DNA from: an uncultured Verrucomicrobiae bacterium | GTDB lineage: Bacteria > Verrucomicrobiota > Verrucomicrobiia > Chthoniobacterales > JAATET01 | Direction: 5' to 3' | Assembly (NCBI GenBank): GCA_963740185.1 | Contig: CAVUDH010000007.1 | Location: 47,740 to 111,739 of the forward strand | Length of the DNA: 64,000 nt | Part shown: one piece after another, positions 51,472-62,365 of the stretch | How the letters are laid out: each line of letters begins with the position of its first letter | Numbering within the stretch: position 1 is the first letter of the stretch | The notes under the pieces: model-generated | Database searches by the model: none | What the model saw: the letters and a program-made list of their open reading frames with translations, nothing else | What the model was told of the DNA's origin: nothing | Translations under genes and position numbers: made by a program

Positions 51472-52449
51472 TCAGGCCTCCGTGATCTCGCCCTTGGTGG
51501 CCCGCAGACGCTTCAGACCGCCCAGATCCGAGACCGCCCTTCCGATGAGCGGCAATCCGAGGAGCGCCGGCAACACGTATCGCAGCGTGCACAGGACCCC
51601 GAGAGCCGCGCCGGCGGCCGCTGACATGTAAGGTTCGTAGAGAAAGATTAACGCAGCGTCGCGCGTGCCGACGCCCGCGAAGGTCAGCGGTAGCAAACCC
51701 GCCAGTATCGCCAGCGGCGAAAGCGCCAAATTAGCCAGGAACGGCACCGTCTCCCGAAGCGCCAGCGTGAACATCCAGATCTGGACGAGATGGAGAAACC
51801 AAATCAACAGCGAATTCGCGGCAATCTGAGTGAGCTGCCACTTGTCCCGCCAGAAATACGCGTGCATTTCCACCCAGGCCGAGTGAAGGGTCCCGAATCT
51901 CGCTCCGATTTTGCCGGGCGCGTATTTCTCGGCCAATCCGAAGAAAAACCGCGCGAATACCGTCGAGCCGAGTAATAGCGCCAGCCCTGCAAATCCAGCG
52001 AGAATTGCGGCGGTCATGACCCAAAAAAAGGCGTCCTTCCGCGGATACATGAGGAGTCCGACCGCGCACCACACCAGCAGTGAAAGCATGTCGCACGCCT
52101 TCTCGAAAACGACCAGCGCGAATGCTAACGATCCCTTGACGTGGCCACGATCCGCCATGAAAACGGCTTTGGCCATATCACCCATTTTCGAAGGCAGAAC
52201 GAGATTGAGCACGCTCGCCAGGAGAATCAGCCGGGCGGACTCCAGGAACTTCAGCGGATGCTCGCTCGGCATGAGCTGACACAGGCGACCAGCCGTCAGC
52301 AAAGTGAGCGGAATCACCATGCCCAGACTCACGACCATCCAAAACGCCGAGGCGTTTGTGAAAATGGGCACCACCTTGGACAGATCGATTCGCCAATACA
52401 GCGCGGCAAGGATGCCCAAGCTGACGACAATGGAAATAATTCGCTTCAT
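51472..52449 (-). CDS. Flippase-like / lysylphosphatidylglycerol-synthase TM-region family membrane protein (UPF0104)
   Basis: 325 aa with about 8 TM helices. LVLPSKMGDMAKAVF and LPLTFAGVGTRDAAL motifs typical of LPG_synthase_TM proteins. Confidence 0.6.
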   Translation of the reverse strand: MKRIISIVVSLGILAALYWRIDLSKVVPIFTNASAFWMVVSLGMVIPLTLLTAGRLCQLMPSEHPLKFLESARLILLASVLNLVLPSKMGDMAKAVFMADRGHVKGSLAFALVVFEKACDMLSLLVWCAVGLLMYPRKDAFFWVMTAAILAGFAGLALLLGSTVFARFFFGLAEKYAPGKIGARFGTLHSAWVEMHAYFWRDKWQLTQIAANSLLIWFLHLVQIWMFTLALRETVPFLANLALSPLAILAGLLPLTFAGVGTRDAALIFLYEPYMSAAAGAALGVLCTLRYVLPALLGLPLIGRAVSDLGGLKRLRATKGEITEA

Positions 52450-52456
52450 AAATGCT

Positions 52457-54021
52457 CTAGGCTTGAGTCAACCGCGACCTCGTCAATCCAACGATCCAAT
52501 CAAGAGGAGCCGCCATGGCGACGAAGATCACCGGCCACGCCAAGGCAAAGAACCGCGGATTAGAGCTTCCAACCAAATGCACCCCGAAGGCGTAACCTCC
52601 GGCGATGAGAACCCAAACCGCCAAGGTGGATCGATATCGTTTCACCGAGAGCGAACAGATGATTCCCGCGAGCAGGAGCCAGCCTTGAAGCGTCGGAACC
52701 ATCTGCCAGAGCGTTCGATCGATGCCGTCCTCCGTGGGGTGCGCGACAAATTTACCCACGGAAATCGCGAACCCGACCCAGGCAGTTTGCCACGCTTGCA
52801 GCGTCTCGCTTTGACCGCCCAGCAATTTGGCTTTGATGATCTGAAACTCCGGAACGGCGGTATTTTTAGGCTAGAGCCGAACAGTATTCGGACCTTGGCA
52901 GGATCCTCCCGCATTTCCTCGTAGCGATCCTCGAATTTGTTCGGGATAGTATTCCGCCTCGAAACGCTCTTCTTTAAACACGGCCCAATTCATCGAAGCG
53001 ACCGTTCGTTGGAGAGCAATGTAGAGAAACAGATGCGGCTCACTGAGAATTCCCTCCAGCGCCAAGTCACGCATGACGTCATACTCCGGCTCACCCTTGG
53101 CCTTGGAGAGCGCCCGCCAAGCCGGATACTCCTTGGTTCGATATTCCCGCCGCAGAAACTCCTTCGCCGCATCGTCTTCGAGGTAAAACCAATCGAGCCT
53201 CTCCCGGGCTTCCCGAACCAACGGAGCGATCTCGGCCTTGAGTTCGGAGTGCTTCGGTGTGTCGAGCTGGGTCAGCGGGAGGGCTGAAGTGTAGAGCAGA
53301 CGCGAGGCCTGAGTCCCCTTCCCCATCGTCCAGGACATGACCAAGATCACCGCTAAAGCCGCCCACTGCCACCACCGCAACCAGCGCCAGGCCCGGACGA
53401 CGATGAATCCGATCAACAGCCCCGGCCACAAAAAGCGTCCTGCCGGTTTGGTCAGAACGCAGAGTCCGAAACTCACGAGAAAGCACCACCAGACCACTTC
53501 GCCACGCTGAAGCGTCTCCAATCGTCCGACCCAAGCCACCCACGACAGCGAACGCCCAGATGAACGTCATGAAGAAAAAGGCTTCTCCTAAAAGTTCGTG
53601 CTCATACCAAATGACTATCGGCGTCGCCGCGTAAATGACCGTCACCGGAATAATCAACCACCGCCAATTGGCAAAAACCTTTCGCACCACGTAGGCCAAC
53701 GGAATTAACGTAAGAATCCCAAGAACATGTTGCAAGAGAAGGATCCACTTCAACGACGACCCGGGGAGAAGTCCCGTCGGAAGTAGTAGAAGCTGGATAC
53801 ACGTAACGCCGCTTTTCAGGGATCGATCCGACTAATTCTGTCATCAGGCGATATGTGAACGAGAAATATGAATCCGAATCAGATCCATAATACGCATACG
53901 GCTGAAGAATGGTTAATAAACACCTCAATGCCAACCCAATGGCAATAGCAGGAATCGTCCAGACTGCGGCCTGAACTACGGCAGGGTGTCGGGAGCGGAA
54001 ATTACTAAATTTGCCGTTCAT
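52457..54021 (-). CDS. Polytopic membrane protein, GT-C-like glycosyltransferase candidate; about 4 frame breaks
   Basis: Four ORF pieces (53602-54021, 53091-53753, 52871-53539, 52457-52825) join colinearly with breaks near 53790, 53535, 52925 and 52860. Many TM helices plus a soluble loop (LDWFYLEDDAAKEFLRREYR). The function call is weak. Confidence 0.4.
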
Positions 54022-55699
54022 GAGTTAACGAATCGCCCGCCCGCAGTCCCCTCATCCGTTCGGTGAGATCGATCCAGGGGAGCATCTGACCGGACTGGAA
54101 GGTCCGACTCATCACGACGTAAATCGACGTCTGATCGCAGCCGATGGCCGCACGCTCGACTTTTGTCCAGTCGTCGGCGGTAATTTGGTCCAAGACGGAA
54201 AGATGATCGTCGTTCCAAGCGAACGTCCGCTCAAAGCGGAACGGGGCCGGGGTTTTGCCGGTAATGAGGACCTTCTGCAGGAGTTTGCGAACGAGATCCG
54301 GGAAGAAACGACCGCCGCCAAGCATGATTGCACGCAACGCAATAAGTCGGAAGGGGGTCATGTCTTTCTGTTTGGCCCAGCCCATCTCCCCGGAAATGTC
54401 GATCCGGTCGTCGGCGATCTCCGTCGGACAGTCGGAGACGAGATGCGCGACGGCATTGCGGACTTTGCCATCGCGGACGACCAACGAAACCTGGGTGTCC
54501 GAGGCCACCAAGCTTCCACTTCGGAAAAATTTGAAGGCACCACCTTTATTCAACGCGACGTACAGCTCGCCGTCCCCTCGCCTGTCGATGAGAAGACCCG
54601 CATTCTTGAGGTGCGTTCGCCCCTTGGGGCGCTCAGGCACGGCGGGGCGGCCGTCCGCTACGAAATCACGCGCTGCAAGCAGGTAATTCCAAGTGTGATG
54701 TCCGACGATGTGGTCGTCGGCATAGCACGGGCCGAGCCCAGCCGCCAGGCCGTTGAGAAATTGATCATTGATACGAAGGGCTTCGGGAAAATGACGACCG
54801 AAGACCTCGAATCCGTGCGGGAAAAAATTATAAGTATTGCGACTACCATACTCGCCGGCGAACGAGCCATCCGGGTGAACAAATTCTGCAGCGAGACGCA
54901 CCGCCCGCTCAAGCGCTTCGTGGAGCTCTGGTTTGGGCGCGACTTCGTAGATCTGAGCGAGCAGCGAAATGGTCAGCGTGTGGTAGCCGGGATCGCAACC
55001 CTCGTATTCCTGAAACCAGCCTTCCTCGTTCTGCCATTCCAGAACGCGCGACAAACGCTCTGCGGCAGCGGCTTCCCATTTGGTCGTCTCGATCAGGTTG
55101 GAGATGCGATCCAGACAGAGGACGATGAGAGCCTGATGATTCGTCAGTTGACCGCTCTCGTGGTGGTTCGCCAGCCAGTCGGCCCGGAGTTCGAAGAAGC
55201 GGAGCAGGTCTGGGTTCTGCAGGTTGAGGAGCGAGTAGGCTTCGGCACAGGCCAGCAGTGAGAACGCCGCGGCACCACCAGCCTTCTCGAAGGGAAAATA
55301 ATCGTCGCACGACCCGTCCGCGTGCGCGCTGCGAGCGGCATAGATCATCCCGGCCTCGGCCCATTCGCGGATTGCGTCCTGCTGGTGGAACGCGTTGCCG
55401 TCGAGATCGGCGGCCCACGCCAGCGCCAGCGGCAGCACAAATTCCTGCGACATGCCGCTGGGGAAATCGATGATCTTGTATTGCCAGAAATTGCGGTCGA
55501 AGCAGCCATAGGTGGGGCTGTGCCGGTTTCGATCCTGGAGAGTGAGAATCTTGGGAATCCAACGCAGCGCCTCGCGGGCAAAAATTCGGCCCCGACCGGC
55601 ACTGACAACGTCACTCATGGCGAGGGAAGCTACCAGCCGCCCCCAACCTGCCGCCAAACAAAAATAGACGTCGACCCAACTTCCAAAGATCGAGCGCAT
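54005..55699 (-). CDS. Hypothetical protein (possibly alpha/alpha-toroid fold), envelope-polysaccharide context
   Basis: Uninterrupted 564-aa ORF (alternative start ATG 55618) that overlaps the downstream membrane protein gene by 17 nt. No motif I can name confidently. Confidence 0.5.
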   Translation of the reverse strand: MRSIFGSWVDVYFCLAAGWGRLVASLAMSDVVSAGRGRIFAREALRWIPKILTLQDRNRHSPTYGCFDRNFWQYKIIDFPSGMSQEFVLPLALAWAADLDGNAFHQQDAIREWAEAGMIYAARSAHADGSCDDYFPFEKAGGAAAFSLLACAEAYSLLNLQNPDLLRFFELRADWLANHHESGQLTNHQALIVLCLDRISNLIETTKWEAAAAERLSRVLEWQNEEGWFQEYEGCDPGYHTLTISLLAQIYEVAPKPELHEALERAVRLAAEFVHPDGSFAGEYGSRNTYNFFPHGFEVFGRHFPEALRINDQFLNGLAAGLGPCYADDHIVGHHTWNYLLAARDFVADGRPAVPERPKGRTHLKNAGLLIDRRGDGELYVALNKGGAFKFFRSGSLVASDTQVSLVVRDGKVRNAVAHLVSDCPTEIADDRIDISGEMGWAKQKDMTPFRLIALRAIMLGGGRFFPDLVRKLLQKVLITGKTPAPFRFERTFAWNDDHLSVLDQITADDWTKVERAAIGCDQTSIYVVMSRTFQSGQMLPWIDLTERMRGLRAGDSLTHERQI

Positions 55700-55761
55700 T
55701 TCACCCGATGCGCTCGCGGTTCGCTCTGTTATCGATCGACCATTTCGTCCAATTTTTCACC

Positions 55762-56841
55762 ATGTCGACATCTCGATGGACCCCGGACCAGGCTTGGATC
55801 TGGTATCGCAAGCAAGCCTGGCTCGTCGGCTGCAATTTTCTGCCGAGCAGCGCGATCAACCAACTGGAAATGTTCCAAGCCGACGACTACGAGCGACACC
55901 GCGAGACACTCGTCCGAGAACTCGATTGGGCCGCCAAGCTCGGGATGAACACCCTGCGCATTTTCCTTCACGATCTTCTCTGGGGGGCGGACGCGGCTGG
56001 ATTTTGTCGGCGGCTTGACGATTTCCTCGACCTGTGCGCGGCCCGGGGTATCCGCCCGATGATCGTTTTTTTCGATGCCTGCCACCGACCGGAACCCCGG
56101 ATCGGCCGACAACCCGCTCCCACGCCCGGCATCCACAACCCCGGTTGGGCGCAAAGCCCGTCGGTCTCGGCGCTCATGGATGACGCCGAATGGCCCCGCC
56201 TCGAACGATACGTCACCGGCGTTCTCGCGCGCTACGGAGCGGATGACCGCATCCTCTGCTGGGACCTCTACAACGAGCCCTGCAACGGTGGATTTGACGG
56301 CAACGAAACCAAGCAGCCCGCCAGCGCGCGATTGGTCACGGAAGTCTTCGCCTGGGCACGAGCCGCCGCCCCGATGCATCCCCTCACCGTCTGCACGTGG
56401 ACACCCGAGCTCAATCCCGTCTCGGGCCACGACGAAGACGCCCTCCCCTTGCCGCAGCGCGAGCTCCTTCGGGCTCAGCGCGCCGCCGTCGCGCTTTCCG
56501 ACGTGATCTCGTTCCACGACTACAACCCTGCGAGCAAGGTGCGCGATCAGATCGAACGGTTGGCGACGCTGGGACGTCCTCTCCTCTGCACCGAATACCT
56601 CGCTCGCACGATCGGCAGCCTCTTCTCCGAATGCCTTCCGCTGTTTCGCGAGCACTCCATCGCCGCCTACAACTGGGGATTTGTTGCGGGCAAATCGCAG
56701 ACCTATCAACCCTGGAACACCCCGGCCGACTCACCCGAGCCCAACCCGTGGTTCCACGACATCCTCCGACCCGACGGCACGCCGTTTGATGCAGACGAGA
56801 CCCGCCTCATTCGCGAATTGACCGGTCGGGGCGAACGATAG
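55762..56841 (+). CDS. Glycoside hydrolase, (beta/alpha)8 clan GH-A-like
   Basis: WLVGCNFLPSSAINQLEMF, GMNTLRIFLHD, and CWDLYNEPCNG (the NEP acid/base motif of clan GH-A). Start at ATG 55762. Confidence 0.65.
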   Translation: MSTSRWTPDQAWIWYRKQAWLVGCNFLPSSAINQLEMFQADDYERHRETLVRELDWAAKLGMNTLRIFLHDLLWGADAAGFCRRLDDFLDLCAARGIRPMIVFFDACHRPEPRIGRQPAPTPGIHNPGWAQSPSVSALMDDAEWPRLERYVTGVLARYGADDRILCWDLYNEPCNGGFDGNETKQPASARLVTEVFAWARAAAPMHPLTVCTWTPELNPVSGHDEDALPLPQRELLRAQRAAVALSDVISFHDYNPASKVRDQIERLATLGRPLLCTEYLARTIGSLFSECLPLFREHSIAAYNWGFVAGKSQTYQPWNTPADSPEPNPWFHDILRPDGTPFDADETRLIRELTGRGER

Positions 56842-56883
56842 ACGGCGGTTTCTCCAGAGGGAGCGCGGCGCGGTCTCCACGTC

Positions 56884-57580
56884 CTACCGGGCATCCGGAC
56901 CCGGGAGCAAATCCGGCCGCCGCTCCCGGGTCAGCGTCTCGGCCTGCTCTCGCCGCCACGCCGCAATCGCCCCGTGATTCCCCGACGTCAGCACCTCCGG
57001 CACCCGCCAACCTTCGAACTCCTCCGGTCGCGTGAAGTGAGGATGATCCAAAATCCCGCCCTCCCCTTCCCCAAACGAATCCTGCACCGCCGACTCCCCG
57101 TCGCCCAACACCCCCGGCAGCAGCCGCACGATGGCATCCGTCACCACCAACGCCGCCAAGGCCCCATTCGTCAGCACGTAATCCCCGATCGACCACTCAT
57201 CGTCCACGAGCTGATCCGCCACCCGCTGATCCACCCCCTCGTAATGCCCGCAGATCAAGATCAAGTGATTGACCTCGGCAGCCACCGCACGTGCCGTCGG
57301 CTGGTCAAACGTCCGCCCCTGGGGTGTCATCAAGACCACCCGCGTGTTCGCTCCCCGCAGATCCTTCAAAGCCCGAAAGATCGGTTCCACCCGCATTACC
57401 ATCCCCGGTCCCGCCCCCGTAGGGCATTCCATCCGCCACCCGGTGTTTGCCCTCCGCCCAATCCCGCAGATTCACCGCCTCCAGCTCGGCGAGGCCCCGG
57501 TCGCTGGCCCGCTTCATCATACTTTCCGAAAGAGCCCCCCGACAAATCCCTGGAAACAAAGTCAAAATCTGAATCTTCAC
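56884..57580 (-). CDS. trmD: tRNA (guanine37-N1)-methyltransferase TrmD, one extra base at about 57409
   Basis: VKIQILTLFPGICRGALSESMMKRA...PYGGG|PGMVMRVEPIFRAL...ILICGHYEGVDQRV...SIGDYVLTNG. The 697-nt span equals 232 codons plus 1 nt. Confidence 0.9.
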
Positions 57581-57626
57581 GATGCGATCATCTATGAAAG
57601 CCCCCGCCCGCATCCGCAAGGGTAGA

Positions 57627-57663
57627 ACAGGCTTCCAGCCTGTCGTGCCGGGCTTCCAGCCCG
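57627..57663. repeat. Two adjacent REP-like palindromes sharing the core GGCTTCCAGCC
   Basis: acaggct-tcc-agcctgt (57627-57643) and cgggct-tcc-agcccg (57649-57663). Confidence 0.6.
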
Positions 57664-57781
57664 ACACTCGTCCCCAACGGCGCAGCCGCCCGCTTCCCTC
57701 ACCGCCCGAAAATCCAAAAGCCCAGTTCCCTCAGCATCATGCAGAACAACGACAGTCCGCCCACTTCGTTGCTTCACAAAA

Positions 57782-57817
57782 ATCCCGCAAATCCTGAAGA
57801 TCCCGTTAATCCTGTTT
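57782..57817. repeat. Four contiguous 9-bp units ATCC[C/T]GNNN upstream of the PBP1A gene
   Basis: atcccgcaa atcctgaag atcccgtta atcctgttt, exactly tandem and ending 40 nt before GTG/ATG 57858. A solitary atccaaaag lies at 57712-57720. Confidence 0.6.
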
Positions 57818-57857
57818 AGTTTTTCGCACCCACCGCCGCCGCCCTGCTACTCGATCC

Positions 57858-59792
57858 GTGCCTCGCAAATCTCCGTCCAAACGCTCGAAGAGCGCCCCGC
57901 GAACCTCCTCCCGGAAGGGCCAACGCTCCCCCGCCTCACGCCGGAAACGCCCTCCCGCCCGTCGTCGCCGCCGTTCGCGGTTCGTCACCGTCCTCAAGCT
58001 GTCCGTCGCCGCGTTGTTTCTTTGGTCGCTGGGCGGACTCGCGCTCTACCTCTATTCGTTTCGCTACGATTTGCGCCAGATCAACGACCTACCCCAACGC
58101 TCGGTAGTCGTCGACCGGGACGGGAAGTTCTACAGCCGATTGGCCGGCGAGAACCGGGTGGTCGCCCCGTTTGACGAGATTTCGCGCGAGTTCATCGACG
58201 CGCTCGTGACGCGCGAGGATTCGCGGTTTTTCACTCATCATGGCGTGGACCCGGTCGGGATTGCCCGGGCGGCGGTACGAAATCTTCTGCTGGGCGGGAT
58301 CCGTCAGGGCGGGTCGACCATCACCCAACAGCTGGCCCGAAACAGCTTCCCGCTCGGCGGACGCACCTACCAGCGCAAGCTCATCGAGGCGGCACTGGCG
58401 TTCCGCATCGAGACGGAGCTGACGAAGGAGGAAATCCTCACGGCTTACGTGAACCGCATCTACTTCGGCTCGGGCTACTACGGGGTCGACACCGCCGCGC
58501 GGGCCTACTTTGGCAAGCCCGCCGCTGACCTCTCGCTGCCGGAAGCCGCGCTGCTGGCCGGACTGATCCGCAGTCCGACGCGATTATCTCCCTTCAACGA
58601 TCTCGAAGCCGCTACCCGCCAGCGCAACATCGTGCTCAACAGTATGCGCGAAAACGGACTGATCACGTCCGGCGAACTCACGACCGCGAAGGCGGCCGCC
58701 GTCCGGTTGGCCGACCCGTCCACCCGCCACCGTGCGATACGGCTGGGCGATGGAAGCGATCCAGCGCGAACTCGATCTCGTCCTGACACCCGACCAACTC
58801 GCCGCCGGAGGACTGACCATTTCCACCACCGTCGATCCGGTGCTGCAGACGCTCAGCGGCCTGCGCGGTGACGAAGAACCTCGCCTCGATCGAGCGTCGA
58901 TCGACTTACCCGCACGCGGCTGGCCAGCTCGAGGGCGCTCTCATTGCCATCGACAACCGCTCCGGCGGGATCCGGGCCATCGTGGGCGGTCGGGACTACG
59001 CGGAGAGCCAATTCAACCGCGCGTTTCAGGCCCGGCGTCAGGCCGGGTCGACGGTAAAACCCTTCGTCTTTGCCACCGCGTTCGAGCGCGGACTGATGCC
59101 GGGCGACCGGATCTCCGGACGCCCGGCTGACGCCGTCCGAGATCCCCCGCGACCTCGGAACCTACGACCCGAACAATTCCGACTCCAAATACCGGCCCAG
59201 CGTTTCCGCCGCCGAAGCGCTCGTCCAGTCCCGGAACACCTCGACGGTGCGCGTCGGATTGCGCGCTGGACTCGACGTCGTCGCGGAGACCTTCGTTCGG
59301 GCCGGCCTGACGCCGGGAGTTGCCGCCTTCCCAGCCATTTTCCTTGGTTCGTTCGAGACGACGCTCAAGGACCTCACCGCCGCCTACACGGCGTTTTCGT
59401 GCGGCGGGGAAAGGCTGCAGCCCTTTCTCGTGGAGGAAGTGCACGACGCTTCCGGTCGCCTCATCTTCCGCGCGACCCAGGCGCGCCTCCGGGTTTTCGA
59501 CCGAGCCTCCGCGGAGCAGACGTCCGAGCTTCTGCGTCAAGCGGTCACGCGCGGCACGGCGGCCAGCGCCCGGCGGCTCGGCCTGACCCGCCGAGCGTTG
59601 GGAAAGACCGGCACCACCGACGAAGCCCGCGACGCCTGGTTTATCGGCGCGATCGCGTCCCTGACCTGTGGGGTCTGGGTCGGCCTCGACCAGCCGCGCT
59701 CGATTATGCCCGGCGGGTACGGATCGACACTGGCGCTCCCCATTTGGGTCGATTTCATTCAAAGTGCGCCCGTTTCCCGCTACCCCGACTGA
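57858..59792 (+). CDS. mrcA: Penicillin-binding protein 1A (bifunctional transglycosylase/transpeptidase), three frame breaks (about 58730, 58862, 59110)
   Basis: GT51 motifs EDSRFFTHHGVD, GGSTITQQLARN and RKLIEA. Transpeptidase motifs STVKPF, SRN and KTGTT. Four pieces in frames 0/1/2/0 join colinearly. Confidence 0.9.
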
Positions 59793-59831
59793 TTCCAATC
59801 GAAAATCGAGAATCCCAAATCGAAAATCCAA

Positions 59832-60769
59832 ATGCCCGCCCTGCTTCTCGACTCCATCTACAAGGACCATGTCACCACGCCCGGTCACCCGGAATCTCCC
59901 GCTCGCATCGACGCGATCCGGGAAGCTCTCGATTCTGCGGATCTGGTCAGAAGAACCAGCCGACTCGAGCCGCGCGAGGCGACCCTCGACGAACTCGCCC
60001 GCGCTCACGATCCCGACTACGTCGAGAACGTGCTCCGCGTTATCGAGAGCGGCGCCGATTCACTCGCTGGCGGCGATGTGAGCATCTGTCCCCATTCGGG
60101 CAAAGTTGCCCGCCTGGCTGCCGGCGGCGTGATTGCCGCCGTGGACGCGGTGTGCGCGGCGGGGGTGGGCACCGCATTTTGCGCGATTCGACCTCCCGGC
60201 CATCACGCGACCCGCGATCGCGCGATGGGGTTCTGCATCTTCAACAGCGTGGCGATCGCCGCCCGTCACGCGCAATCCGTCCACGGCATCGAACGAATCG
60301 CGATCCTTGACTGGGACGTACACCACGGCAACGGGACGCAGGATATTTTTTACGAAGACGGTGCAGTTCTTTTTGCCAGCACGCACCAGAGCCCGTGGTA
60401 CCCGGGAAGCGGATCGCGCGGCGAATCTGGCGAGCGCCGGGGCGCGGGATTGACGATCAACCGCCCACTCCCGGCCGGATCGGGCCGCACCGCCATCCTC
60501 GGCACCTTCGTCGACGACATCCTGCCCGCCGTCCGTGATTTCAAACCGGAGTTGATCCTGATTTCCGCCGGATTCGACTCGCGAGCGGGCGACCCACTCG
60601 GAGGATTCACGCTCGCGGATGCGGACTTCGCCGACCTGACAACCGCCGTGCGCGAAGTTGCTCAGGATGTCTGCGCCGGTCGGATCGTCTCCGCGCTCTC
60701 GAGGGCGGCTATTCGCCGTCCGGCTTGGCCAGCGCGGCCACGGCCCACGTCGAGACGCTTTTTGCGTAG
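59832..60769 (+). CDS. Histone deacetylase-family (arginase-fold) deacetylase; frame break about 70 nt before the stop
   Basis: HPESPARI, RPPGHHA, DWDVHHGNGTQ, and GRIVSAL|EGGYSPSGLASAATAHVETLFA after correcting the frame near 60697. Confidence 0.85.
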
Positions 60770-60784
60770 GCCGAAAAGAAAAAG

Positions 60785-61881
60785 TTGGGTTGGCTGGGAC
60801 TCAAAGCGACAGTGAAGAACGGAAAACCCATAATCCTGGCCGACGCGCGGATTGCCGGGAAGGGTGAACGGAAGTTCTTCGCCACGCGAACAGAGGCCGA
60901 AACATGGGCGCAGATTCAACGCACCAAGCGCACGAACGACGGTGTAGGGGCATTCGGAGATCCAGAGCTTGCCCGATACGGAAAGACCGTCCGGGACGCC
61001 ATCGCGTTCTACCTCGACCACCTCCGGCGCGAGGAGGCCAGCGTCAACATTCCCAGTGCCGTGACCGAACTGGTGGCAACCAAGATCCGCGCCGGGAAGT
61101 CCGAGCAATACGGCAAAGACCTCACGAACCGCTTACGCCGACTCTCCGACGAATTCCCCGACCGAACCCTTGCCCAACTGACGACTGCAGACCTCGACAG
61201 ATTCCTTCAATCGCTCCCGGTGGCTCCCGGCACGAAGAACACCTTCCGGCGAGACGTGAGGACGTTGTGGGGCTTCGCGGGCAAGCGTGGCTGGGCGGAC
61301 CCAATGGTCGCGAGAAACACCGAGTCCGCGACGGTGGACACAGACGCGCCCGGAATCCTCACGCCGGACAAGGCGGCGGCATTGGTGGCGGCATTCACGA
61401 CGACGTTCTCGTTGCCTTTCATGCCATCGGACTTTTCGCCGGGTTGCGGGTGGCGGAGATTCGCAAGCTCGATTGGCGGGACGTGGACCTCGAAGGCGGA
61501 TTCATTCACGTATCGGCCCGAACGTCGAAAACTCGTTCCCGCCGACTCGTCCCGATCCTCGACACCCTCCGCGATTGGCTGACTCCGGTTGCCCGGACCT
61601 CCGGCCCCGTCGTCTCAAAGGAACCCCGCACACTCCACGAGCGGGCACGCGCTCAAGCAGGAATCGCAGAATGGCCCGACAACGCCATGCGTCACAGCTT
61701 CGTCAGCTACCGACTAGCCGACACGGGCAACGCCGCACAGACGGCACTGGAGAGCGGACACGATCAAGCGGTGATGTTCCGGCACTACCGCGAACTCGTG
61801 AAGCCGAAGGACGCGAAACGGTTCTGGTCGATCCGCCCGATGGTCAGCGATAACGTCGTTCCAATGATCGCGACAGCCTGA
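60785..61881 (+). CDS. Tyrosine-type site-specific integrase, frame break at about 61393
   Basis: N-terminal SAM-like core-binding region (DAIAFYLDHLR...TKNTFRRDVRTLWGFA). Catalytic domain GLFAGLRVAEIRKLDW, NAMRHSFVSY, GHDQAVMFRHYRELV (R..HxxR..Y). Alternative start GTG 60812. Confidence 0.85.
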
Positions 61882-61883
61882 CC

Positions 61884-62189
61884 ATGCCGGAAAAGGAGTT
61901 TATCGAATGGTTGCCAGTCGGCTTCCTTTCCGTCTGGCGATTCACGAAGTCTGGCAGAACCACCAAGTTTCGGGTCGTCCTTTTCGCCGAGATCGACGGG
62001 CGAACCGCTTGCGTCACCCGCTACGACACCGCGCACGGATATGCTCACCGGGACGTGCTCGGACGGAATGAAGGCTTGCGCGGAAAGCTCATCATGCCGA
62101 GAATGGCATACAACGAAGCATTCAACTATGCCCGCCGTGACCTCACAAAAAACGCTGAAATCTACATCGCGGATTTCCTCGCGCATTAG
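61884..62189 (+). CDS. Hypothetical protein (RYDxAHGxxHRD motif)
   Basis: 101-aa ORF 2 nt after the integrase stop. Motif VTRYDTAHGYAHRDV. Family not identified. Confidence 0.45.
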   Translation: MPEKEFIEWLPVGFLSVWRFTKSGRTTKFRVVLFAEIDGRTACVTRYDTAHGYAHRDVLGRNEGLRGKLIMPRMAYNEAFNYARRDLTKNAEIYIADFLAH

Positions 62190-62365
62190 TCGCACGGGCC
62201 GACTCACCGGTCGCATGATGACAGCGGAGGAATTTGATCGGAAGTGTCTCGCCGCCGGGATGCGCGAGGCCACGCCCGAGGAGTCCCGCATGATCCGCGA
62301 GGCCCAGGCTCGCGCAGGATCGCCCACCTGACGCTTCCGGGAAGGTCGTGGCGGCGTAGAGATGC

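Noticed and set aside
57782-57817. CRISPR array (also considered for 63736-63878).
   Set aside because: The units are 9-24 nt with no unique spacers of CRISPR size, and there are no cas genes. I treat them as binding-site or iteron repeats instead.
60770-60811. tRNA or tmRNA attachment site next to the integrase.
   Set aside because: The 40-nt gap and the flanking 200 nt contain no T-loop (GGTTCGAATCC-like) or acceptor-stem pattern.
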